A DNA stretch of 64,000 nucleotides, from positions 3,957 through 67,956 of the forward strand of contig CAYVNU010000003.1 of NCBI GenBank assembly GCA_964453265.1, in the 5' to 3' direction. Shown one piece after another: positions 27,107 to 37,006 of the stretch. Numbering within the stretch: position 1 is the stretch's first letter; each line of letters starts with the position of its first letter. The translations under genes and the position numbers were made by a program. This DNA comes from an uncultured Candidatus Saccharibacteria bacterium (lineage in GTDB: Bacteria > Patescibacteriota > Doudnabacteria > UBA920). Below the pieces are notes generated by a model, which was given only the letters and a program-made list of their open reading frames with translations, searched no databases and was not told the DNA's origin.

Positions 27107-28459
27107 GTGAACCAACTTTCTAACAATAAGCCACATGCCAATTTAGCCCTACTGCTTTTATGTTTTAGCCTGCTGCTAATTATTCGCGCCTTGTTAGTTT
27201 TTAAAGCTCCTCTTTCCAACTACGGCTATGATTACGGATTTTATTTATTCGCTCTAAAACACACGGCCCTTGCCAATCTCTTTAGCTTGTTTTCCTCAAA
27301 CTATCAGCATCCGCTTTTCTTTTTTGCTCAGATATTTAAATTTGATCCGGCCTTATTTTTAAATTTCAGCTACTTTGGCTTTAACCTTTTTTTAGGTTAT
27401 GCCATTTATTTATTTTTCGGCCAAAATAAAAATGCCGCGCTGTGGTCCGTGGCTTTTTTCGCACTCTCTTTAGTCCAACAGGAAAGCTATTCTATGTTTT
27501 TATACAAATCCGCTTTTGCTCTGCCGTTTATGATTTTAGGGTTTAAATTTCTTATGGAAAAAAAATGGCTAAAATTTTTACCAACATCCTCAATTATTAT
27601 ACTGACTCATAAAACCACCGCGATTATATATTTAATTACACTGTTTGCTTATTTCTTGTATACCTTTTTAAAAAATAAACAGTGGGGACTTGCTGGATTT
27701 TTTTCTTTACCGGCTATTTTAGTAATTAGTGGATTGTTTATTTCGCCAATAAAAAATTATGTTTTCAGTTTTTTTACCCAAAATAACACCTACGTTCAAA
27801 ATGGACTATTTTTACCAGGTATAAATCCTTTAAACCTATTGTGGCCAATAGTTCTTTTAGCTTTGCCGGGCTTATATTTTTACATAAAAAATAAAGCCCA
27901 TACACTGCCAATATTTTTCCTTATTATTTCTACGACATGGATTTTATTTTCCCTGCCTTTTTATCGGCGCATATACATTTATTTAGACCTCAGTCTTATT
28001 TTATTTGCCGGTTATTTTATAAGTATTTTACTTGAAACAGTCGTCACTAAAAAAAATAGCAAAATTTTTTTCACCGGACTAATCTTAGTGTTTATTGGTC
28101 TGTTCTTTAAGCAATTAGATTTTACTATAAAAAAGCAGCCGCTGATTTTAAATACCGAGGTTCTGGAAATTAAGCAATTCAACCAACACCCTGGCTTTAT
28201 ACTCGCACTTTCCGCCAATGACGCGCCCTGGCTCTTAGCCTATGCTGGCAACTACCGGTTAGGCGCGCCCGGGCTATTAGAAGACCCGCAAACTTTTATA
28301 AGCTGGCAAAACTTCTGGCACGGCTTAAACCAAACAGAGTTCCTGCAGCGTTACCCAAGACCACTTTACTTCTACCAACGTTCCTGGCAAATTATAGACT
28401 TTCCGCAAAACTGTTTAAAAAATATTTCCGAAAATTTTTCTGTTTATACTTGCAATTAA
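27107..28459 (+). CDS. polytopic integral membrane protein, putative GT-C-fold glycosyltransferase/mannosyltransferase-like
   Basis: 450 aa with about 11 hydrophobic segments and aromatic-rich loops; no soluble domain; assignment is tentative. Confidence 0.4.
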   Translation: MNQLSNNKPHANLALLLLCFSLLLIIRALLVFKAPLSNYGYDYGFYLFALKHTALANLFSLFSSNYQHPLFFFAQIFKFDPALFLNFSYFGFNLFLGYAIYLFFGQNKNAALWSVAFFALSLVQQESYSMFLYKSAFALPFMILGFKFLMEKKWLKFLPTSSIIILTHKTTAIIYLITLFAYFLYTFLKNKQWGLAGFFSLPAILVISGLFISPIKNYVFSFFTQNNTYVQNGLFLPGINPLNLLWPIVLLALPGLYFYIKNKAHTLPIFFLIISTTWILFSLPFYRRIYIYLDLSLILFAGYFISILLETVVTKKNSKIFFTGLILVFIGLFFKQLDFTIKKQPLILNTEVLEIKQFNQHPGFILALSANDAPWLLAYAGNYRLGAPGLLEDPQTFISWQNFWHGLNQTEFLQRYPRPLYFYQRSWQIIDFPQNCLKNISENFSVYTCN

Positions 28460-28462
28460 AAA

Positions 28463-28500
28463 ACACTCTTTATCTGTTTAAGATAAAGAGTGTTTTTTTG
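28463..28500. terminator. bidirectional terminator hairpin
   Basis: aaaaacactctttatc-tgtttaa-gataaagagtgttttttt between convergent genes. Confidence 0.7.
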
Positions 28501-28510
28501 TTTATTCGTT

Positions 28511-30895
28511 TTATTTTGGCTTTGCGTTATATGCGTTATTTATTAGCACCCCTGCCTGATATTCAGTCATACTCATATCCGGACAAAATTCTCGGCTAAT
28601 CTCCACTCCGCTTGCGTCGTAATTTATTTTACAGCCGTTTGTAATTCCTAGCTGTCTCATTTTTTGCACAAAAGCAAAACCAGGATGACTAGCCGGCACG
28701 TCTTTAAAATATGGCTCTTTTGGCACATCTTCTGTATTAATTTTTGCCGACTTAATTAAAAAGGTGGAAAACTGCCAGCGGTTAATTTTATCTACCGGAC
28801 AAAACTTTCTTATGGTATTTATATAGGAGCAGCCATTGGTTATACCGTTGGCGTAAAGCGCATTAACAGCAGCAAAAGCAGGACTATAAGCATCTACGTC
28901 GGTAAAAGCAGCAGTGGCCGAAACAGGTTTCCAATCGCCAATCTGGAACTTGTCATATAATTTTTGCGCCACCTGCGCACGAGTTAACTCCGTATTCGGA
29001 TCCAGCACTGCCTGCTGCCCACTCGACCCGCATTTTATTGGCACCGATGTATTAACTGAAGACAAAGCTCCACAAACATTCCCCCCACCGTCTACGAAAG
29101 CGCTAGCAGGGGACAAATCTGGGGCTTTAAGCTGGGAATTAAAGTCATTATTTTGAAAATAATTATTACTTGTAATAACCTTTGAGGCAATTATTTCAGT
29201 TCCACTGCCACTATTGCCAAAATTTTCAAAGTCTATTTGACCTGCTGTCGTATTTTGATAAAGAGGATTAGTAAATTTATTGTTTATAAATTTATTGTCC
29301 TTAAAATACACAAACTGCTCTCCGTTTATCATGCGATCAGGTCTATAAATTAACATTAATTTACCTGATTTATCAACTAAATTACCTGAGACAATATTAT
29401 TTTTCCAAGAATTACCATACCAACCACCAATACCGCAAACTTTTGCATTTGTTATTCTATTGTTTGAAATTGTGGCATTTTCCATTTTTTGAGTATTTTC
29501 TACTCCGCAATCCCAAACATTATAAATATTGTTGTTTATAATTTTTGTTTCTAAAGAATTACCTAAAACTATTCCATCATCCGCGGAGCCGCCTTGAGTG
29601 GAAGGATTACCATCCCAACCTCCATCCATATCATTATCAAGATATGCATCTCCAACATCATTATTAGCCACTATTATTCCAGGCGCGTCATAATATCCAG
29701 TCGGTGTTTTAAAACTATTATTTTTTATTGTGATATTTTGTGAATCCCCTAACTGAACAGTTGAATTAAAATGACTGTTGCTAAACAAAATATTAGAGCT
29801 TTTGTAAACAGAAACTAAAGTAGCACCAAATTCAGTATTAGTTAATATACCATTAGAACTTTCTATTACGGCAATCGGGCTTCCGTATCTGCCTCTGGCT
29901 GGATTAAGTGTTTGAAGCCGACAATTTTTTACTGTAAAATTTTGAATTTTATTTATTCTAACGGGACTGTCAGTTAAATTCCTACTGGTTGAAATATCGG
30001 AAGAAATAAGATGATCTTTACAATCCAAAATTACATCTTTGGTATCGTGGATGATTATGCAGCTTTGGCCGGGTTCGGCGTTTAAGTCTTGGGTTAAATT
30101 ATAGGTACCGGGATTTTTTATTTCTCCGCAAGTTGAAACATTGCCCGGAGTTAAAACTGCCGGGGTATAGTAGCCGTAAGACGGCGGCGGATTATTGGTA
30201 CAAACTAAAACCGCGCCGCATTTAGTTGTCTGGTTAGCACTAGTAAAATCCCAATGGCAACCAGTTCTAGCTTCCGGATAATCACATACAGCAGGAGTTG
30301 GTGTGGCAGATGAGGTGTTATTGGGTTGATTAGAAATTGGCTTATTTGCTCCGGTAACCGAAATAGAAACCAATCTTCTAATAGTTGTAGAAGTTACTCT
30401 TTTATATAAAATAAAATTATAAATTTCATCGGTCTTAATTTGAAAATCCGTATACAAACTACCGTTACCGGAAATATTTTTAGATTGCGGTAAAGTTTTA
30501 CCGTTTAAACGAATTAAACCGGTTGTGCCTTGTGGTAAAGTATAATCCAAACGAACCTTCCAAGCGTCTGACGAAGAATTGTATTCCGTAAACCCATAAC
30601 CTAAGCAGCCTTCGTTTTGACACAGCGGCTGCATGTAGCCGTAAGCCTGACTGCCTAAAACTTTTCCGGTTGCTTTTTTCATTGGCACAGCGTGCGAATA
30701 AAAACTTTCGCCGGAAATTTCGCTATAAGCAACCAAAGTCATGGCGCCGACCGAGCCTGAAGCAAAAACTACCATGGCTAAAGCTAACAATAAGCTAAGC
30801 GGCTGGTTAAACGCTTCACCAATTAGAGCAAAAGCTTGCTTGCTAAAACTCTTAGGAACAAGCGCCTGCTTTTTTTTATAAGTATACGGATTCAT
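28511..30895 (-). CDS. large cell-surface protein: N-terminal membrane anchor, right-handed beta-helix (PbH1-like) repeats, C-terminal SLH-like repeats containing conserved Cys pair
   Basis: 794 aa; N-terminus paralogous to next gene; NNNIYNVWDCGVENT...ISNNRITNAKVCGIGGW beta-helix repeats; C-terminal FTDVDAYSPAFAAVNALYANGITNGCSY...FCPVDKINRWQFSTFLIKS resembles S-layer homology domains. Confidence 0.55.
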   Translation of the reverse strand: MNPYTYKKKQALVPKSFSKQAFALIGEAFNQPLSLLLALAMVVFASGSVGAMTLVAYSEISGESFYSHAVPMKKATGKVLGSQAYGYMQPLCQNEGCLGYGFTEYNSSSDAWKVRLDYTLPQGTTGLIRLNGKTLPQSKNISGNGSLYTDFQIKTDEIYNFILYKRVTSTTIRRLVSISVTGANKPISNQPNNTSSATPTPAVCDYPEARTGCHWDFTSANQTTKCGAVLVCTNNPPPSYGYYTPAVLTPGNVSTCGEIKNPGTYNLTQDLNAEPGQSCIIIHDTKDVILDCKDHLISSDISTSRNLTDSPVRINKIQNFTVKNCRLQTLNPARGRYGSPIAVIESSNGILTNTEFGATLVSVYKSSNILFSNSHFNSTVQLGDSQNITIKNNSFKTPTGYYDAPGIIVANNDVGDAYLDNDMDGGWDGNPSTQGGSADDGIVLGNSLETKIINNNIYNVWDCGVENTQKMENATISNNRITNAKVCGIGGWYGNSWKNNIVSGNLVDKSGKLMLIYRPDRMINGEQFVYFKDNKFINNKFTNPLYQNTTAGQIDFENFGNSGSGTEIIASKVITSNNYFQNNDFNSQLKAPDLSPASAFVDGGGNVCGALSSVNTSVPIKCGSSGQQAVLDPNTELTRAQVAQKLYDKFQIGDWKPVSATAAFTDVDAYSPAFAAVNALYANGITNGCSYINTIRKFCPVDKINRWQFSTFLIKSAKINTEDVPKEPYFKDVPASHPGFAFVQKMRQLGITNGCKINYDASGVEISREFCPDMSMTEYQAGVLINNAYNAKPK

Positions 30896-30972
30896 AAACC
30901 TCTTTTTTTCTGGGTAAAATTACCCAATAATCAAAAACTATTTTGGCTTTTGATTATATTTAATTTTTGTTT

Positions 30973-33444
30973 TTAATAGGCTTGGACTTCTACAATACGG
31001 CTGTAGTCTTGTAGCGCCGAATTTACGCTAATTCGAATTTTGTTGGTAGTTACGGCTTGATTAAATTTTACATTTCTTAAAACTTTGTTGTTTCCGGTAA
31101 CAACCGCCTCTGGCTTAGTTACCCAAGAGCTGCCGTTCCAATACTGAACGTCGAAAGCAGTTATGCCAAAGTTACCAAAAGTTGTGTCTGTTGTTGGAGT
31201 TGGCCCGATATAATAATTATCTGCCAAAGTTATAACATTAACCTCGTTAATAGTTTTTTGCCCGCTAAAAGTTATTTCCAACCAATCGGGGTGCTGTCTG
31301 TAAGTATTGTCATTCCAGCCTCCGTTATGGCCCCAGGACCCGCCGGTAACATCTCCATCTATTGCTCCTTCCGGTGAATAACCGTTAAAAACACTCGAAG
31401 CAGTTGTCCTTCCGCCATTTGCCGAAGCAGCTACATTAATTTTTTGATTATTCTGATTATTAGTATTTAACGACTGTGTGGTAAGTAAATTTTTAGCAGC
31501 CGTAATAGCCGGGCCTAAATCGGCAGCGCTTAGTCCTACGTCAGAATAAAACGCTATGCCGCCGCTTGGATTATTATAACCACTTATTATACCCATTTTG
31601 CCAAAAATCTGAGCATACTTATAAGCCGGAAGACTACTGTTTTGCATATCGGAAAAATACAAGGGACTTTGAACATCGCCTAAGTTGTAGCCTTTTTTCT
31701 CTAAAATTTTGCCTAAAAATACTACAAACTGCCAGCGCAAAATTGCGTCATTTTGGCAAAAAGACCGAACTTGAGTATTTGGGTCATATGAACATCCGCC
31801 GGTTATTTGGTTCGCGTACAAAACATTCATTGCGTTAATAGTATCGGCATCTAAATTTGCGGTGTTAGAAAAAACATTTCCGCAACCGCCAGTGCTAGGA
31901 CAACCTAAAGCTAAACCTTCCACCAAACGCTTAGCTGCCTCTCCCCTGCTTACAGCACCCGAGGGCGTGGTACTGGCTGGCCTGTTACTAATCGCAATGG
32001 CAAATGAACTTAAAACATTGCGACCCACATTCGCACCACGACCTAAAATTTTAATTTTATAATTACCATCCACAATTTGCCTGCCGCTTGGATTACTATC
32101 TATATTAAACGAATAGTTTCTGGCGGGTTCAGATCCGGCAATTGGTAGCGCATTTATTTGCACACCAATTTGGTAATTTGCGCTGTTGTTAACGTCGCAA
32201 ACTTCGTTGCCTCTAACATCAGCACATAACAAAATATCCACTGCACCAAAATCTTCAGGCGCCGTGTATTGGACCTGGTAGCTAAGGCTATTGCCTTTAT
32301 ACCAAGGGCTGGACGAAGTGGTATTTAAAATCGCAAAAGGAATTGTTTGAACATTTACATTACCACCCACGGTTCTGTCTGGGGCAATATTTAATTTAAA
32401 GTTTCTACTAAATGGCGGAACGGCTGAAGTAGATGCGGTGATTGTAAAACTGTATTCTAAAGCTGCGGTATTGCGCGGAGTTCCGGAAAGTCTCAGGCTA
32501 TTTCTACTGTCATACGGACAACTGCCGGTAATTCCAACGCAGACATCGCGGTCAAAACGTAGACCTAAGGGTGGGTCTATGTTTGCGTTTATGCTATAAG
32601 TTATAACTTGGCCGTTTGCATCAACTTGAGGCATTACACTAAAAATTGCGGAGAATGCTTGCCCTGCAGTTGCTGTTAATTCTTTATTTGCAAGAATATT
32701 TGTATTTGTTGGGGTAGAATTTTGACAGTTAGCCGGAACCGAACAAGCCGGATAAACCAGCTGTACACTTCTACCGTTGCAAGTTACTGTGGCCGGAGAA
32801 CAAGTTTGTGTTTGAGTAATTAAATTGTCCGGAGTTTGAATTACTACAGTACCCAAAGAACGATTGGAAGTCGAGGTTTGATCTTTATAAAAGACAATTG
32901 TATATGTTGAATTGGAATTTAAAATATACTCGGTAGTTTTTGTGCCTTGTCCGGGAATATTATATACAATCTCCGCTGATGTTGAATTTAGTTTAAAAAT
33001 AGCCACCCTGCCTAAGTTCAATAAATTTCTCTCCCAAGAAACAACAAGCGCCCATTTGTTATTCTGGTCATTATAACCAGCATACCTAAAAGATAGGCTC
33101 TTAAAATTAGCTCTTCCACCCTCTATATTAGCGCCCGATGTTTTACTTACAATTCTAACTTCTGGTAAATTTGTCGTAGTTTCACCTAATACCTGAGGTG
33201 CTTTTTTTAACAAGCTAACATGTTTTTCCGGATAAATAAGCGCTAATCTGGCAGAATCTACGCCTTGAGAAATTTCTGCAGTGGCAACTAACGACATTGT
33301 TAGAACTGAACCTGCGAAAAAAACCACCAAAGCTAAACCAATAATGGAATTGATTTCTGCTTTTAGCACCGCGCGCAAAAAAGAACCTGACTTTTGTTCA
33401 AAAGCCTGTTTTTTCGCTCTGCGCGAATAAATATAAGGGCTCAT
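30973..33444 (-). CDS. large cell-surface protein paralog with SLH-like repeats and C-terminal F5/8 type C (discoidin) domain
   Basis: 823 aa; N-terminal anchor similar to previous gene; LYANQITGGCSY...FCQNDAILRWQFVVFLGKIL SLH-like repeats; C-terminal NGYSPEGAIDGDVTGGSWGHNGGW...WLEITF...KIRISV discoidin-like signature. Confidence 0.55.
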   Translation of the reverse strand: MSPYIYSRRAKKQAFEQKSGSFLRAVLKAEINSIIGLALVVFFAGSVLTMSLVATAEISQGVDSARLALIYPEKHVSLLKKAPQVLGETTTNLPEVRIVSKTSGANIEGGRANFKSLSFRYAGYNDQNNKWALVVSWERNLLNLGRVAIFKLNSTSAEIVYNIPGQGTKTTEYILNSNSTYTIVFYKDQTSTSNRSLGTVVIQTPDNLITQTQTCSPATVTCNGRSVQLVYPACSVPANCQNSTPTNTNILANKELTATAGQAFSAIFSVMPQVDANGQVITYSINANIDPPLGLRFDRDVCVGITGSCPYDSRNSLRLSGTPRNTAALEYSFTITASTSAVPPFSRNFKLNIAPDRTVGGNVNVQTIPFAILNTTSSSPWYKGNSLSYQVQYTAPEDFGAVDILLCADVRGNEVCDVNNSANYQIGVQINALPIAGSEPARNYSFNIDSNPSGRQIVDGNYKIKILGRGANVGRNVLSSFAIAISNRPASTTPSGAVSRGEAAKRLVEGLALGCPSTGGCGNVFSNTANLDADTINAMNVLYANQITGGCSYDPNTQVRSFCQNDAILRWQFVVFLGKILEKKGYNLGDVQSPLYFSDMQNSSLPAYKYAQIFGKMGIISGYNNPSGGIAFYSDVGLSAADLGPAITAAKNLLTTQSLNTNNQNNQKINVAASANGGRTTASSVFNGYSPEGAIDGDVTGGSWGHNGGWNDNTYRQHPDWLEITFSGQKTINEVNVITLADNYYIGPTPTTDTTFGNFGITAFDVQYWNGSSWVTKPEAVVTGNNKVLRNVKFNQAVTTNKIRISVNSALQDYSRIVEVQAY

Positions 33445-33595
33445 AGACCTTGTTTATTTCCGGGTAAACTTTTTTAGTTTTCCCAATAACCAAAAAGCTA
33501 TTTTGGCTTTTGGTTAAATTTTAATTTTTGTTTCAAAAGTTCGGCTTTTTTAAACTATTTTGGTTTAAATTAGCCAAAAAATATTTTGTATTTAT

Positions 33596-33624
33596 ATTAT
33601 AGCACAAACTATAAAAATTTGCAA
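33596..33624 (-). promoter_or_regulatory. minus-strand promoter TTGCAA-N17-TGcTATAAT for surface-protein gene
   Basis: reverse complement reads ttgcaa-atttttatagtttgtgc-tataat; same architecture at 62358-62386. Confidence 0.55.
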
Positions 33625-33631
33625 GGATTTT

Positions 33632-35284
33632 TTATTCCCCAGCTACGCGAAAAACTTCTTCTACATCGGTTATGCCTTGTAGAGCTTTTAGAACGCCGTC
33701 TTGAGCCATGGTAACCATGCCTTGCTGTATAGCAGCTTTTTTAAATTCGCTCATGGGCGATTGTTTTTGAATTAAATCCTGAATTTTTTCCGTAACTTCT
33801 ATAGCTTCGTAAATTCCTACCCGTCCTTTATAGCCTAAATTCTTACACTCCTGACAACCCGGACTGTGGTAAAACTGAAAATTTTCCGGTAGCTTAATAT
33901 TTAATTCTTTAGGCAAAGCATGTAAAATAATTTTTACTCGTTCCATAAGCGTCGGGGAAATAGCATAAGGAATTTTACAAATCTGGCAAATTTTTCTAAC
34001 CAAACGCTGCGCTATAACACACGACAAAGCAGGTCCAATTACAAAGGGTTTAACCCCCATATTAATTAACCTCGGAATTGCGCCCGATGCGTCATTGGTA
34101 TGCAAAGTCGACAAAACTAAGTGTCCGGTTAAAGCAGCCTGCATGGCAGTTTCAGCAGTTTCTTGGTCTCTTATTTCCCCTACCATTACAATGTCCGGGT
34201 CTTGCCTAAGTATGGCCCTAAGGCCTTTGGCAAAACTAAAATCTACACTATGGTCAATCGGCGTTTGTACAACACCCTCTAATTTATATTCTACCGGGTC
34301 TTCCAAAGTAATAATTTTAACCCCGGGCTTATTTAATTCACTAATAAAAGTATAAAGTGAGGTAGTTTTACCGCTACCGGTCGGACCGGTAGTAATTATC
34401 ATACCGTTTGGTTTTTCCAGCTGTCTATTTAATAATTCCAAAACTTCCGGGCGAAAACCCAAAGCACTGAGTTTTAAATTTACCGAACCCGTACCCAAAA
34501 GCCTCATAACAATTTCTTCGCCGTAAGCACTCGGCAAGACTGAAACGCGCACATCAATCGGATTTTGGTTGTGAAAAAAAGTTATTCTGCCGTCTTGCGG
34601 AACATTTTCTACATTTAATTTTAAATGTGAAAGTATTTTAATACGCGTAACCAAACTCTTTTGTAAAGTTTTTGAAATATGCACCATGTCCTGCAAAACG
34701 CCGTCAACGCGGAACCTTAACTTTACAAAATTTTCCTCCGGCTCAAAATGAATGTCTGAAGCTCCGTAAAAAATTGCCGCTCCAAAAATTATATCTAAAA
34801 ATTCGCTGGCATTTTTGTGTTTTTGTGTGTCTTCATTTTTTATAGACTCGAGTAGCTCAGAAAAATTTGTTTCCGAATTTATATTTATTGTCTCTAAATG
34901 CCTGGTTTCCGGCCTTAAGACTTTGCTAAAAAATTTAACAGTTAAATCAAAACTGGTTTTGGAAATTAAGTATAAAGAAACTTTATTTTTTAAGTTTAGG
35001 CTTTGAATTTTTTCCATCAGCCCTGTATTGTAAGGGTCTAGCATGCCTATTCGCAAATCTTCGTTCTCTTTATAAAAAGGTACGGCGCCAAAATTTTCCG
35101 CCTCTTGTTTGGTAAAAATTCCCAAAACATTTAAGTCTACCGGAAAGCCTTTTAAGTCAATATACTGCAAACCCAAAGCCGCGGCTTTAGCCTTAGTCTC
35201 CTCTTCTTCCATTTTTCTATTTACCTCGCCCAGAGCCCGCTGCAAATCTTGGGGAGTGCTTTGTAAAAAACTATGCTTGCTCAT
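33632..35284 (-). CDS. pilB: type IV pilus assembly / type II secretion ATPase (GspE/PilB family)
   Basis: 550 aa; Walker A TGPTGSGKTTSL, GspE N-terminal domain, Asp box and His box, C-terminal tetracysteine CQICKIP...CQECKN. Confidence 0.9.
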   Translation of the reverse strand: MSKHSFLQSTPQDLQRALGEVNRKMEEEETKAKAAALGLQYIDLKGFPVDLNVLGIFTKQEAENFGAVPFYKENEDLRIGMLDPYNTGLMEKIQSLNLKNKVSLYLISKTSFDLTVKFFSKVLRPETRHLETININSETNFSELLESIKNEDTQKHKNASEFLDIIFGAAIFYGASDIHFEPEENFVKLRFRVDGVLQDMVHISKTLQKSLVTRIKILSHLKLNVENVPQDGRITFFHNQNPIDVRVSVLPSAYGEEIVMRLLGTGSVNLKLSALGFRPEVLELLNRQLEKPNGMIITTGPTGSGKTTSLYTFISELNKPGVKIITLEDPVEYKLEGVVQTPIDHSVDFSFAKGLRAILRQDPDIVMVGEIRDQETAETAMQAALTGHLVLSTLHTNDASGAIPRLINMGVKPFVIGPALSCVIAQRLVRKICQICKIPYAISPTLMERVKIILHALPKELNIKLPENFQFYHSPGCQECKNLGYKGRVGIYEAIEVTEKIQDLIQKQSPMSEFKKAAIQQGMVTMAQDGVLKALQGITDVEEVFRVAGE

Positions 35285-35373
35285 TTTTCTTTTTGTTTCA
35301 ACTTTTATTGAATATAATTTATTATAGCATTTTGCTGCTGTAATTAAAAACAGCCTTTAACCAAAGGCTGTTT

Positions 35374-36534
35374 TTAATTACTTGTCTGATTTTTTATAAG
35401 CTCTGCCAACTGCTGCTCTAAAACCACCACAGCTGTATCTTTTACTTCAAACTCGCAAACCCAAAATGGGACTAGACCATAAGTGCTTTGGCGAATAGGA
35501 CTTCCTAAAACTTTTATAAAGCCCTCCGGAGAAACTTCTTGATGCCCTGAAATTATTAAAGAAAAAGTTCTAAATTCTTTCTCGCCTGCCACACAAATTA
35601 TTTTATAACCATGTATACTTTCCATTAACTCCCTTAAAATACCCGGTAAATTTTCTACTCCGGTACCGGCTTTTTCAAAATCCGAAATCATAAGAATAGT
35701 ATACATCGCCTTCTCATCTTCTAAGAGCTTAAGCCTGGCTAAACTTCGACCCCACAAACGTAAAAATTCAAGAGTTCTAGTTTTGTAAAAATGCTTAATA
35801 ACCTCCTGCTGCCTGCCGCCAAGAGCCATGAGCCTGGAAGCCTGTAAAAACACCTTTGGAGTTGTTTGCACTCTTTGAAAACTATTGGTTTGACTAATTA
35901 TGCCAGCCAAAAGACAAGTAGCAATATCTTCGTCTAAAATTTGCTGTTCATAACTCTCTAGCAATTCAGTTAAAATTTCCGCCACAGAAGTTGCGTTTAT
36001 ATCTACTATGTTTATAGCTCCAAAATATTCATTTCCCGGTTTGTAATCGATGTTAATTTTCGGAGCTTGGAAAAATAAGTCCGGATCACGCTCAAATAAA
36101 CCACCTAAATCTTCCGGCCCTAAAGCCCCTAAAACAATAACTAAATCAAAAGGCTCAGCTTCATTTTCAAAACTTACATCGCTTTGGTTAAAAGCTTTGG
36201 GTAAAGACTTTAAATATATTTTTACACCACCTTCTTCAGTTTGATAACTTAATTCCTCAAGCTTATTTTTGTCAGTTTTTATTGAAATTACAAAGCTTTT
36301 TTGTTGTCCAAGATCAGGCTTAATTTCAAAAACTTTAGGTAAAAACCCGGCCTGCTTAGGCAGCTCTCCCTCTGCCGCTACTGAAACTTCTTTTTGAAGT
36401 TTTTGCAAAAATAAGCGCAATGCTAAAGACCCGGCAACCATATCGGCTGTGGGGTTTTTAGGCAAAGCTACCAGAATATTCTTCGCTTTGCTAATTGCGT
36501 CAAAAAATTGTGAATGCGTATTATTTTCTGCCAT
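35374..36534 (-). CDS. DHH-superfamily NrnA-like phosphoesterase homolog with degenerate DHH motif (DYK)
   Basis: 386 aa; DMVAGSLALRLFL, FDLVIVLGA, ATSVAEILTELL and ATCLLAGIISQTNSFQ blocks align with NrnA layout but the DHH triad position reads INIDYKPGNEYFG. Confidence 0.45.
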   Translation of the reverse strand: MAENNTHSQFFDAISKAKNILVALPKNPTADMVAGSLALRLFLQKLQKEVSVAAEGELPKQAGFLPKVFEIKPDLGQQKSFVISIKTDKNKLEELSYQTEEGGVKIYLKSLPKAFNQSDVSFENEAEPFDLVIVLGALGPEDLGGLFERDPDLFFQAPKINIDYKPGNEYFGAINIVDINATSVAEILTELLESYEQQILDEDIATCLLAGIISQTNSFQRVQTTPKVFLQASRLMALGGRQQEVIKHFYKTRTLEFLRLWGRSLARLKLLEDEKAMYTILMISDFEKAGTGVENLPGILRELMESIHGYKIICVAGEKEFRTFSLIISGHQEVSPEGFIKVLGSPIRQSTYGLVPFWVCEFEVKDTAVVVLEQQLAELIKNQTSN

Positions 36535-36601
36535 ATCCGATTATTAATTATTGAGTATACTAAATTTTGCGATAATCGTCAATCTAAGCTAAAATAAAGG
36601 A

Positions 36602-37006
36602 ATGAAAAAGCTTTTGAAGTTAAAGTTAAGTGAGATACAACCGGCAGCCAAAGATGTTTTTGCCGAACTTCAGGGCGGAGAAATACTAGCCTTGGTCGGT
36701 CCGCTCGGCAGCGGCAAAACCACTTTTAGTCAGCACTTAGGCAAAGCCTTAAAAGTTAAAAGCAAAATCACCAGTCCGACTTTTAGCATTTTAAATGTTC
36801 ATTTAGGTAAATTAAAAAATAAAAAATCCGTATATTTTTATCATTTAGATTTATACCGCACCAATAGCTTTAAAGAAGTCAAAGCCTTAGGCCTGACTGA
36901 ATTTTGGGGACAAAAAGACACTCTAACTGTTATTGAATGGGCAGATAAAATTAAAAAATATTTACCCCTTAAAACTCGCTTTATTTATTTCACCCATGAA
37001 AAATAA
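36602..37006 (+). CDS. tsaE: tRNA t6A biosynthesis ATPase TsaE (YjeE)
   Basis: 134 aa; GPLGSGKTTFSQ P-loop and SPTFSIL motif. Confidence 0.85.
   Translation: MKKLLKLKLSEIQPAAKDVFAELQGGEILALVGPLGSGKTTFSQHLGKALKVKSKITSPTFSILNVHLGKLKNKKSVYFYHLDLYRTNSFKEVKALGLTEFWGQKDTLTVIEWADKIKKYLPLKTRFIYFTHEK

Noticed and set aside
36933-36995. Upstream extension of VanW ORF overlapping tsaE
   Set aside because: Signal peptide begins at the Met at 36996; the extension is just read-through of tsaE 3' end in another frame
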